A DNA stretch of 64,000 nt, from NCBI GenBank assembly GCA_002269645.1, contig NIVC01003389.1, positions 36,061 to 100,060 of the forward strand, in the 5' to 3' direction. A program made the position numbers and the translations under genes. Under the pieces are notes generated by a model. The model did not search any database and was not told the origin of the DNA. It was given only the letters and a program-made list of their open reading frames with translations. This DNA comes from Macrostomum lignano (Eukaryota). Below, in pieces: positions 1 through 11,300 of this stretch; within the stretch, counting starts at the first letter, position 1, and each line of letters starts with the position of its first letter.

Positions 1-129
1 ACCTGAATTTGATACCTAATAGGAACGGTTTCTGAGTTTGTTTTGAGTAACTTTTAAGGCGAGGGGCATTTGTGACGCTTTTGCAGATCAATGAACTGGA
101 ACCAAACCCCCACCCCCTCCCCCCGGCAG

Positions 130-3100
130 GAGCGCAAGCGGCACCAGGATTCCGCCAACTCCGTGCGTCGCCGGGCGGCCGCCGCGCCTGCTGCCTCTGG
201 AGCGCAGAGGCTGCCGGGGACTGTCGCAGTTCGAGGAGGCGCTGCTGCTCCGGGGGCACCCACCGCCGTTGCCGTGGTCGAGCTGGACCATCGGCATCAG
301 CATGCGCCGCAGGGGAAACAGCAGGGGCAGCAGCAGAGACACCCCGGACCCGTTGCTAATGGCGACAGTTTCAGCTCAGCGAATCCTGATGTGCATCGGC
401 TGTCGCAGCAGGTGGCCAGGCTGGAGGCTGCCGGTAAGACTGCAGTTGCTGTGTCAGCCTCCCAGATCCTCAGTTGCTGTGCCTGCCAGCCTCCCAGATC
501 CTCAGTTGCTGTGCCTGCCAGCCTCCCAGATCCTCAGTTGCAGGGTCAGCCTCCCAGATCCTCAGTTGCAGGGCCAGCCTCCCAGATCCTCAGTTGCAGG
601 GCCAGCCTCCCAGATCCTCAGTTGCAGGGCCAGCCTCCCAGATCCTCAGTTGCAGGGCCACCCTCCCAGATCCTCAGTTTCAGGGCCAGCCTCCCAGATC
701 CTCAGTTTCAGGGCCACCCTCCCAGATCCTCAGTTTCAGGGCCACCCTCCCAGATCCTCAGTTGCAGGGCCACCCTCCCAGATCCTCAGTTTCAGGGCCA
801 GCCTCTCAGATCCTCAGTTGCAGAACCACTCTCCCAGATCCTCAGTTTCAGGGCCAGCCCCCCAGATCCTCAGTTGCTGGGCCACAGCCTCCCAGATCCT
901 CAGTTTCAGGGCCACCCTCCCAGATCCTCAGTTGCAGGGCCACCCTCCCAGATCCTCAGTTTCCGGGCCAGCCTCTCAGATCCTCAGTTGCAGGGCCACT
1001 CTCCCAGATCCTCAGTTTCAGGGCCAGCCCCCCAGATCCTCAGTTGCTGGGCCACAGCCTCCCAGATCCTCAGTTGCAGGGCCAGCCTCCCAGATCCTCA
1101 GTTGCTGGACCAGCCTCTCAGATCCTGGGACTAATTAAACAGTCATATAGTTCAAAAGTTTAGCAGCAGAAAGCACTTAATTGTGCTTTGACCTCTTGTC
1201 ATTTAGTCAGAGTCGAAGTGCAATTTGCATTTAGAAGGCTTTCAAATACTTTTTCAATTTTCATGAATCTCGAGATCTCTGCCCCCCCCCCCCTGCGCGC
1301 AGTCTGACAGTCTCCAAGCTTTGCTGTTTTTTTTATTTATCCAAGTTTGCTTTGCTAGCTGGCTGTATACGGGAAGATGCGTTATGAAATGCTATGAAAA
1401 CTCTGCGATACCCATAGATCTCTGTGGCTCTGTTAGACAGAATGGCCTGAGGGCCAGGAATTTGTTTTCATATTAAATCAACAGCATAGACTCGGGGCTG
1501 CGGCTACAATGAGGGCTGGGCTATGCTGGGAGAGACTTGGGTTCGACATGGATGGAGGGTGCCGGTGCGTCTACCTTTGCATTTTTTGCTGCCTGCTCAA
1601 GTGCAAATGCGGTCCGCCCCCATGCAGAAAGTAGACAGAGAGTTGGGGGAGAGAGAGAAGGTTTAAACTGGTGGCATGGAGATATTAATGCGCAGTTATC
1701 TTGGCTTACCCCCCCCCCCCTGACTGGGCCTCTGTGTGCGCACCTGCCTTAACTGTCTTCTGAATGAACCCATTTTTTACCTTGGCCCACACTCACTGTC
1801 TGCTCCTTCCCACCAATACCTTTGCCCTGAGTTCTGCCCCTCTGCCCGCTTCCTGTTGCTAAGCCCACTAGCTGTCACTGAAATGGAGTCCGCCTTTCAT
1901 TCTCTGACCAAAAAACACGGGGCGGGCGGGCGCGCTCTCTCGCCAAAGGGGGGCAGGGCTGCTGCCTGTGCGGCGTGTACTTCGCCTCTCTACCGTTGCC
2001 TCTCGCCTGCCCCCTCCTTCCCTTCCTCCCTCTCTTGTCTGAGGTGGTTGGCTTTCTTTTTTAGTTGCAGCAGAAAGTGTGCGTGTGTGTGTGTGTAGCT
2101 TATCAGGCACCCCTCTTAAATTTACAGCCTGCATTTTTGCCACCTCCCCCTCCCGAGTACCCCTGGCACCCGCCCCCAGCTCATCTCATCTGACTCTCTC
2201 CATTAATAAGGTCCGAATGCTTCTCACACCCGATTTAGTCCGCTTCTAAAAAGGGTCGCGTATTGAAATTGAAATCTAACAATTTGCTTGTCAGAGCGAC
2301 AGCTCGAGTCTCAGCTAGTCCAACTCAAACAGCCAGCTCGAGGCGAAGACGCAGCCGACGAAGAGTCCGCTTGGCTGGACAGTTTCGCTGCTGTCCGAAG
2401 CAATTTGAGACGATCTCGCAGCTTCAGAGACTCGACAGCATCGGCAGGCTCTGGTGCAGCTGGTTACTATCAGCATTTTGACTGGGCAGCAACTCAGGAC
2501 GCCAGCATGATGCGAGCTTCGACTCCAGCTGCTGCTGAGGACAATCGCCATCGTCAGGGTCGGACGGCCGAGAAGTCTGCGGCGGCGCCTCCTGCGAGGT
2601 TGTATAGTGCCAAGGTGAGGCAGTGTGTCTGAGCTGGTATCACTTCTGTGTCTGAGCTGGTATCACTTCTGTGTCTGAGCTGGTATCACTTGTGTGTCTG
2701 AGCTGGTATCACTTCTGTATCTGAGCTGGTATCACTTGTGTGTCTGAGCTAGTATCACTTCTGTATCTGAGCTGGTATCACTTCTGTGTCTGAGCTGGTA
2801 TCACTTCTGTGTCTGAGCTGGTATCACTTGTGTGTCTGAGATGGTGTCATCCCCCTGTTAGAGCTGGAATCACCCTTGTGTTGTTGGAGTTGGCATCAGT
2901 TCGCCTCTGCCGCGCCACCACCCGCAGGATGCCGCTGCCCGCAGCCCGAGCCCCAGCCGCCTCGGTCGCGGCGCCAACGACAACGGCTCGATGGCAACTG
3001 AGCTCGCCCGTGTGCGCCGAGAGCGCGACGACCTGCGCGCCGTGCTGGACCGCTTCGAACGGCACATGGCCGACATTCAGGCCAATGTGCGCGGCCACGC

Positions 3101-4800
3101 CATTGAGCGGGCAAATCTGCAGCGCGCATTGGAAGACTCAAAGGTAGGTCGAGTCTGTGTTGGTGGCCTTTGTAATGGCTTTTGGTTGTAGTGAGAGGCG
3201 GGGAGAGGTGGGAGAGGCGGGAGAGGTAAGAGAAGCGGGAGAGGTGAGAGAGTTGAGAGAAGCGGGATAGGTGAGAGAGGCGGGATAGGTGAGAGAGGCG
3301 GGAGAGGTGAGAGAAGCGGAGTAGTGAGAGAGTTGAGAGAAGCGGGAGAGGTGAGAGAGGCGGAAGAGGTGAGAGAGATGAGAGAAGCGGGAGAGGTGAG
3401 AGAGGCGGGAGAGGTGAGAGAGGCGGGAGAGGTGAGAGAGGTGAGAGAAGCGGGAGAGGTGAGAGAGGCGGGAGAAGCGGGAGAGGTGAGAGAGGCGGGA
3501 GAGGCGGGAGAAGTGAGAGAGGCGGGAGAGGTGAGAGAAGCGGGAGAGGTGAGAGAGGCGGGAGAGGTGAGAAAAGCCGGAGAGGTGAGAGAGGCGGGAG
3601 AGGTGAGAGAAGCGGGAGAGGGGAGAGAGGCGGGAGAGGTGAGAAAAGCCGGAGAGGTGAGAGAGGCGGGAGAGGTGAGAGAAGCGGGAGAGGTGAGAGA
3701 GGCGGGAGAGGTGAGAGAGATGAGAGAAGCGGGAGAGGTGAGAGAGGCGGGAGAGGTGAGAGAAGCGGGAGAGGTGAAAGAAGCGGGAGAGGTGAGAGAG
3801 GCGGGAGAGGAAGATCTAGACTAGAGGTAAAGAAGCCTGATATGGGAGTGAGCTGTAAAATATATTGTAGACAGAAAAATGAGATGGGAGGTATTGTGTA
3901 AAAAGAGGAAGGAAGAGGAGTTGCAGGTGGTAGGAGGAGGTCAGGGGTGTTGATTTATATTTGCTTACAAGTCAGGGACAGACGTGACGGCAGTAGAAAT
4001 AGGGATGGATCAACATTTAAGGCGCGATAGAGGCATGGAGAAATGTTTACTGCCGACCGAGTTTCCAGCCGTGCTCAATTCACCACCCGTTGCCGCAGGC
4101 TGAGCTGGCCCGGGCTCGCCGGGAGCTCCTGGCCTCTGCCGGCGCTTCCGCTGCCGCCTCCGCCTCCGGCCCGTCGCTGGCGCCCAGGCCGCGCAGAAGC
4201 GGGCCGAGACCGACCGGGACGACGCCCTGGCCGAGCTGCAGCGGACGGCCAGCGAGCGGACAGCCTGCGGGAGAGGCTGCAGGCTGCCGCCGAGACCGCC
4301 TCCGGTGACAGGGCCCTGGAGCAGCGACTCGAGGAGCTCATGGCCGCCGCTAGGAAGGTCGGCTCCTGTGCCCTGATGTGCTGCTTTCCCACACTATATC
4401 ATACACCCTGTCCCACACTATATCCCACACCCTATCCCACACTATATCCCACACTATATCCCACACTATCCCACACTATATCCACACCCTATCCCACACT
4501 ATATCCCACACCCTATCCCACACTATATCCCACACCCTGTCCCACACTATATCCCAAACCCTATCCCACACACCCATCCCACACCCTATCCTACACCCGA
4601 TCCCACACTATATCCCACACCTATCCCACACTATATCCCAAACCCTATCCCACACTATATCCACACCCTAGCCCACACTATATCCCAAACCCTATCCACA
4701 CACCCATCCACCCAATCCCATACATCCGCAGGCGGCAGCCGAGAGAGACGACATGGCCACCGGGCTGCCGCATTCCGGCAGCGCTGCGCAGACGCAGAGG
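130..4800 (+). CDS. cep135: CEP135/TSGA10-like coiled-coil gene, partial copy A (exons 130-433, 2295-2614, 2928-3143, 4099-4357, 4732-gap)
   Basis: AG/GT-bounded exons join in phase. ERDDLRAVLDRFERHMADIQANV matches CEP135 ELQRMLERFEKYMEDIQSNV. The exons nearest the gap carry 1-3 nt deletions relative to copy B. Confidence 0.7.
456..1127 (+). repeat. Intronic 28-bp minisatellite (cctcccagatcctcagttgcagggccag); duplicate at 5604-6282
   Basis: Visible tandem array; it explains the PDPQLQG and SQILS repeat ORFs in all three frames. Confidence 0.95.
2626..2838 (+). repeat. Intronic ~23-bp minisatellite (tgtgtctgagctggtatcacttc); duplicate at 7777-7990
   Basis: Visible tandem array. Confidence 0.9.
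3194..3810 (+). repeat. Intronic purine-rich ~18-bp minisatellite (gaggcgggagaggtgaga); duplicate at 8345-8962
   Basis: Visible tandem array; source of the REAGEV ORFs. Confidence 0.9.
4388..4725 (+). repeat. Intronic 12/24-bp minisatellite (ccacactatatc/ccacaccctatc); duplicate at 9547-9885
   Basis: Visible tandem array. Confidence 0.9.
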
Positions 4801-5348
4801 NNNNNNNNNNNNNNNNNNNNNNNNNNNNNNNNNNNNNNNNNNNNNNNNNNNNNNNNNNNNNNNNNNNNNNNNNNNNNNNNNNNNNNNNNNNNNNNNNNNN
4901 NNNNNNNNNNNNNNNNNNNNNNNNNNNNNNNNNNNNNNNNNNNNNNNNNNNNNNNNNNNNNNNNNNNNNNNNNNNNNNNNNNNNNNNNNNNNNNNNNNNN
5001 NNNNNNNNNNNNNNNNNNNNNNNNNNNNNNNNNNNNNNNNNNNNNNNNNNNNNNNNNNNNNNNNNNNNNNNNNNNNNNNNNNNNNNNNNNNNNNNNNNNN
5101 NNNNNNNNNNNNNNNNNNNNNNNNNNNNNNNNNNNNNNNNNNNNNNNNNNNNNNNNNNNNNNNNNNNNNNNNNNNNNNNNNNNNNNNNNNNNNNNNNNNN
5201 NNNNNNNNNNNNNNNNNNNNNNNNNNNNNNNNNNNNNNNNNNNNNNNNNNNNNNNNNNNNNNNNNNNNNNNNNNNNNNNNNNNNNNNNNNNNNNNNNNNN
5301 NNNNNNNNNNNNNNNNNNNNNNNNNNNNNNNNNNNNNNNNNNNNNNNN
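4801..5348. other. Assembly gap (548 N)
   Basis: Run of N. Confidence 1.
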
Positions 5349-8300
5349 GAGCGCAGAGGCCTGCGGGGACTGTCGCAGTTCGAGGAGGCGCTGCTGCTCC
5401 GGGGGCACCCACCGCCGTTGCCGTGGTCGAGCTGGACCATCGGCATCAGCATGCGCCGCAGGGGAAACAGCAGGGGCAGCAGCAGAGACACCCCGGACCC
5501 GTTGCTAATGGCGACAGTTTCAGCTCAGCGAATCCTGATGTGCATCGGCTGTCGCAGCAGGTGGCCAGGCTGGAGGCTGCCGGTAAGACTGCAGTTGCTG
5601 TGTCAGCCTCCCAGATCCTCAGTTGCTGTGCCTGCCAGCCTCCCAGATCCTCAGTTGCTGTGCCTGCCAGCCTCCCAGATCCTCAGTTGCAGGGTCAGCC
5701 TCCCAGATCCTCAGTTGCAGGGCCAGCCTCCCAGATCCTCAGTTGCAGGGCCAGCCTCCCAGATCCTCAGTTGCAGGGCCAGCCTCCCAGATCCTCAGTT
5801 GCAGGGCCAGGGCCACCCTCCCAGATCCTCAGTTTCAGGGCCAGCCTCCCAGATCCTCAGTTTCAGGGCCACCCTCCCAGATCCTCAGTTTCAGGGCCAC
5901 CCTCCCAGATCCTCAGTTGCAGGGCCACCCTCCCAGATCCTCAGTTTCAGGGCCAGCCTCTCAGATCCTCAGTTGCAGAACCACTCTCCCAGATCCTCAG
6001 TTTCAGGGCCAGCCCCCAGATCCTCAGTTGCTGGGCCACAGCCTCCCAGATCCTCAGTTTCAGGGCCACCCTCCCAGATCCTCAGTTGCAGGGCCACCCT
6101 CCCAGATCCTCAGTTTCCGGGCCAGCCTCTCAGATCCTCAGTTGCAGGGCCACTCTCCCAGATCCTCAGTTTCAGGGCCAGCCCCCCAGATCCTCAGTTG
6201 CTGGGCCACAGCCTCCCAGATCCTCAGTTGCAGGGCCAGCCTCCCAGATCCTCAGTTGCTGGACCAGCCTCTCAGATCCTGGGACTAATTAAACAGTCAT
6301 ATAGTTCAAAAGTTTAGCAGCAGAAAGCACTTAATTGTGCTTTGACCTCTTGTCATTTAGTCAGAGTCGAAGTGCAATTTGCATTTAGAAGGCTTTCAAA
6401 TACTTTTTCAATTTTCATGAATCTCGAGATCTCTGCCCCCCCCCCCTGCGCGCAGTCTGACAGTCTCCAAGCTTTGCTGTTTTTTTTATTTATCCAAGTT
6501 TGCTTTGCTAGCTGGCTGTATACGGGAAGATGCGTTATGAAATGCTATGAAAACTCTGCGATACCCATAGATCTCTGTGGCTCTGTTAGACAGAATGGCC
6601 TGAGGGCCAGGAATTTGTTTTCATATTAAATCAACAGCATAGACTCGGGGCTGCGGCTACAATGAGGGCTGGGCTATGCTGGGAGAGACTTGGGTTCGAC
6701 ATGGATGGAGGGTGCCGGTGCGTCTACCTTTGCATTTTTTGCTGCCTGCTCAAGTGCAAATGCGGTCCGCCCCCATGCAGAAAGTAGACAGAGAGTTGGG
6801 GGAGAGAGAGAAGGTTTAAACTGGTGGCATGGAGATATTAATGCGCAGTTATCTTGGCTTACCCCCCCCCCCTGACTGGGCCTCTGTGTGCGCACCTGCC
6901 TTAACTGTCTTCTGAATGAACCCATTTTTTACCTTGGCCCACACTCACTGTCTGCTCCTTCCCACCAATACCTTTGCCCTGAGTTCTGCCCCTCTGCCCG
7001 CTTCCTGTTGCTAAGCCCACTAGCTGTCACTGAAATGGAGTCCGCCTTTCATTCTCTGACCAAAAAACACGGGGCGGGCGGGCGCGCTCTCTCGCCAAAG
7101 GGGGGCAGGGCTGCTGCCTGTGCGGCGTGTACTTCGCCTCTCTACCGTTGCCTCTCGCCTGCCCCCTCCTTCCCTTCCTCCCTCTCTTGTCTGAGGTGGT
7201 TGGCTTTCTTTTTTAGTTGCAGCAGAAAGTGTGCGTGTGTGTGTGTGTAGCTTATCAGGCACCCCTCTTAAATTTACAGCCTGCATTTTTGCCACCTCCC
7301 CCTCCCGAGTACCCCTGGCACCCGCCCCCAGCTCATCTCATCTGACTCTCTCCATTAATAAGGTCCGAATGCTTCTCACACCCGATTTAGTCCGCTTCTA
7401 AAAAGGGCCGCGTATTGAAATTGAAATCTAACAATTTGCTTGTCAGAGCGACAGCTCGAGTCTCAGCTAGTCCAACTCAAACAGCCAGCTCGAGGCGAAG
7501 ACGCAGCGACGAAGAGTCCGCTTGGCTGGACAGTTTCGCTGCTGTCCGAAGCAATTTGAGACGATCTCGCAGCTTCAGAGACTCGACAGCATCGGCAGGC
7601 TCTGGTGCAGCTGGTTACTATCAGCATTTTGACTGGGCAGCAACTCAGGACGCCAGCATGATGCGAGCTTCGACTCCAGCTGCTGCTGAGGACAATCGCC
7701 ATCGTCAGGGTCGGACGGCCGAGAAGTCTGCGGCGGCGCCTCCTGCGAGGTTGTATAGTGCCAAGGTGAGGCAGTGTGTCTGAGCTGGTATCACTTCTGT
7801 GTCTGAGCTGGTATCACTTCTGTGTCTGAGCTGGTATCACTTGTGTGTCTGAGCTGGTATCACTTCTGTATCTGAGCTGGTATCACTTGTGTGTCTGAGC
7901 TAGTATCACTTCTGTATCTGAGCTGGTATCACTTCTGTGTCTGAGCTGGTATCACTTCTGTGTCTGAGCTGGTATCACTTGTGTGTCTGAGATGGTGTCA
8001 TCCCCCTGTTAGAGCTGGAATCACCCTTGTGTTGTTGGAGTTGGCATCAGTTCGCCTCTGCCGCGCCACCACCCGCAGGATGCCGCTGCCCGCAGCCCGA
8101 GCCCCAGCCGCCTCGGTCGCGGCGCCAACGACAACGGCTCGATGGCAACTGAGCTCGCCCGTGTGCGCCGAGAGCGCGACGACCTGCGCGCCGTGCTGGA
8201 CCGCTTCGAACGGCACATGGCCGACATTCAGGCCAATGTGCGCGGCCACGCCATTGAGCGGGCAAATCTGCAGCGCGCATTGGAAGACTCAAAGGTAGGT

Positions 8301-11300
8301 CGAGTCTGTGTTGGTGGCCTTTGTAATGGCTTTTGGTTGTAGTGAGAGGCGGGGAGAGGTGGGAGAGGCGGGAGAGGTAAGAGAAGCGGGAGAGGTGAGA
8401 GAGTTGAGAGAAGCGGGATAGGTGAGAGAGGCGGGATAGGTGAGAGAGGCGGGAGAGGTGAGAGAAGCGGGAGTAGTGAGAGAGTTGAGAGAAGCGGGAG
8501 AGGTGAGAGAGGCGGAAGAGGTGAGAGAGATGAGAGAAGCGGGAGAGGTGAGAGAGGCGGGAGAGGTGAGAGAGGCGGGAGAGGTGAGAGAGGTGAGAGA
8601 AGCGGGAGAGGTGAGAGAGGCGGGAGAAGCGGGAGAGGTGAGAGAGGCGGGAGAGGCGGGAGAAGTGAGAGAGGCGGGAGAGGTGAGAGAAGCGGGAGAG
8701 GTGAGAGAGGCGGGAGAGGTGAGAAAAGCCGGAGAGGTGAGAGAGGCGGGAGAGGTGAGAGAAGCGGGAGAGGGGAGAGAGGCGGGAGAGGTGAGAAAAG
8801 CCGGAGAGGTGAGAGAGGCGGGAGAGGTGAGAGAAGCGGGAGAGGTGAGAGAGGCGGGAGAGGTGAGAGAGATGAGAGAAGCGGGAGAGGTGAGAGAGGC
8901 GGGAGAGGTGAGAGAAGCGGGAGAGGTGAAAGAAGCGGGAGAGGTGAGAGAGGCGGGAGAGGAAGATCTAGACTAGAGGTAAAGAAGCCTGATATGGGAG
9001 TGAGCTGTAAAATATATTGTAGACAGAAAAATGAGATGGGAGGTATTGTGTAAAAAGAGGAAGGAAGAGGAGTTGCAGGTGGTAGGAGGAGGTCAGGGGT
9101 GTTGATTTATATTTGCTTACAAGTCAGGGACAGACGTGACGGCAGTAGAAATAGGGATGGATCAACATTTAAGGCGCGATAGAGGCATGGAGAAATGTTT
9201 ACTGCCGGACCGAGTTTCCAGCCGTGCTCAATTCACCACCCGTTGCCGCAGGCTGAGCTGGCCCGGGCTCGCCGGGAGCTCCTGGCCTCTGCCGGCGCTT
9301 CCGCTGCCGCCTCCGCCTCCGGCCCGTCGCTGGCCGCCCAGGCCGCGCAGAAGCGGGCCGAGACCGACCGGGACGACGCCCTGGCCGAGCTGCAGCGGAC
9401 GGCCAGCGAGCGGGACAGCCTGCGGGAGAGGCTGCAGGCTGCCGCCGAGACCGCCTCCGGTGACAGGGCCCGGCTGGAGCAGCGACTCGAGGAGCTCATG
9501 GCCGCCGCTAGGAAGGTCGGCTCCTGTGCCCTGATGTGCTGCTTTCCCACACTATATCATACACCCTGTCCCACACTATATCCCACACCCTATCCCACAC
9601 TATATCCCACACTATATCCCACACCCTATCCCACACTATATCCCACACCCTATCCCACACTATATCCCACACCCTATCCCACACTATATCCCACACCCTG
9701 TCCCACACTATATCCCAAACCCTATCCCACACACCCATCCCACACCCTATCCTACACCCGATCCCACACTATATCCCACACCCTATCCCACACTATATCC
9801 CAAACCCTATCCCACACTATATCCCACACCCTAGCCCACACTATATCCCAAACCCTATCCCACACACCCATCCCACACCCAATCCCATACATCCGCAGGC
9901 GGCAGCCGAGAGAGACGACATGGCCACCCGGGCTGCCGCATTCCGGCAGCGCTGCGCAGACGCAGAGGAGCAGCTGAAGATGGCGCAGCGCTGTCTGGCT
10001 GAGCGCTCTGAGGCCGCCGCCGAGGCGAACGCCGCCCAGGAGGCCGCCGCGGCCGCCGCCGACGCCGCCCAGCGCCAGTGCCGGCAGCTGCAGGCGGAGG
10101 CCACCGAGGCCAGGGAGGCCGCAAACGAGCTGGACGATCAGTGCGGCCGCGCCCAGAGGGAACTGCGCGCCGCCCGCGAGGAGCGCGAAGAGATGCGCCG
10201 CAGTATCGCCTCGCTGCAGGTTAGGCGGGGTTGATGCTGAGGTTCTCTAGCTCGATACCTGGTTTATGAGGACCTGGCAGAGATTCTCTTAACTGCTCCG
10301 CATTCTCAACACCAGAGAGGCGGACTGGACATTCCTCACTTTGCATATCTGAGGTTGTCTACTAACGAGTAGTGCAAAAAGAAAGTTATTAACTAAAGTT
10401 GCGAATTCGATTCTCATTTAAGAGAGACTCCACCGTGCGAAATCTATTGGCTGGTAGCAGTTGTTTTGAATTTCCTTAACTTTCTATCTCAGATTATTAA
10501 AATGAGTTGCCGCATAGTGAGGGGCTGGTGAGTCTGGTGACTAGCATAGATCTGTTTAAATGCACCTATGTCAGAGAATTCTACAATTTTCTAGAATGCC
10601 CACGAGGGAGAGAGGAGGGGTGAGAGGAGAGCAGAAGTTTCAAAGGACCCGAGGGCCGGATAGAAAGGCTTCGCGGGCCGGATTTTGCCGACTCCTGTTC
10701 TAAGAGTGCATGCTTCATCACTGCTTGATGCCCTCCTCACCTGGCAGAATGAGAAGGCGGCCGCCGAGTCCTCAGCGAAGGACCGCAGCGACCGGATCCG
10801 CAGCCTGGAGGCGGAGGCGCGGGCCGCGGCAGCCGAGGCGGCGGAAGCTCGCGCCGAAGCGGCCGAAGCCGGCCAGGCCTGCGAGCGGACGCGCAATCAG
10901 GCGGCTGCGCGCGAGGCCGAGCTGCGCCAGGCCGCCACGGATGCCGCTGCCGCCGAGCGCCGGCGCACGGAGGCGGCCGCTTCTGACGCGGCGCGCATGC
11001 GCGAGGATCTGTCCGCCGCGGCGCGGGAGATTCGCGCATTGCGCGGCGAACTGCAAGCGGCTCGGGAGGAGCGCGAAGAGCTTCTGGCCCGGCTGGCGCA
11101 GGAGTCGCGCCGCACCGAGGAGGCCACCGAGGCTGGCGCCGAGTTGCGCGAGCGCTGCCGCGCCATCAGCGCCGAAGCGGAGCGAAACCGCGCCGAGGCC
11201 GCCACAGAAAACGGCGCCCTTCGGCAGCATCTGGCGGCGCGCGACGCCGAGCTGGCCAGGGCGCGGGAGCGCGCCAACAACGGCGAGGCGGAGGCGCAGG

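Noticed and set aside
4043-6292. ORFs spanning the N gap (749, 278, 251 aa, etc.)
   Set aside because: Artefacts of translating N as X.
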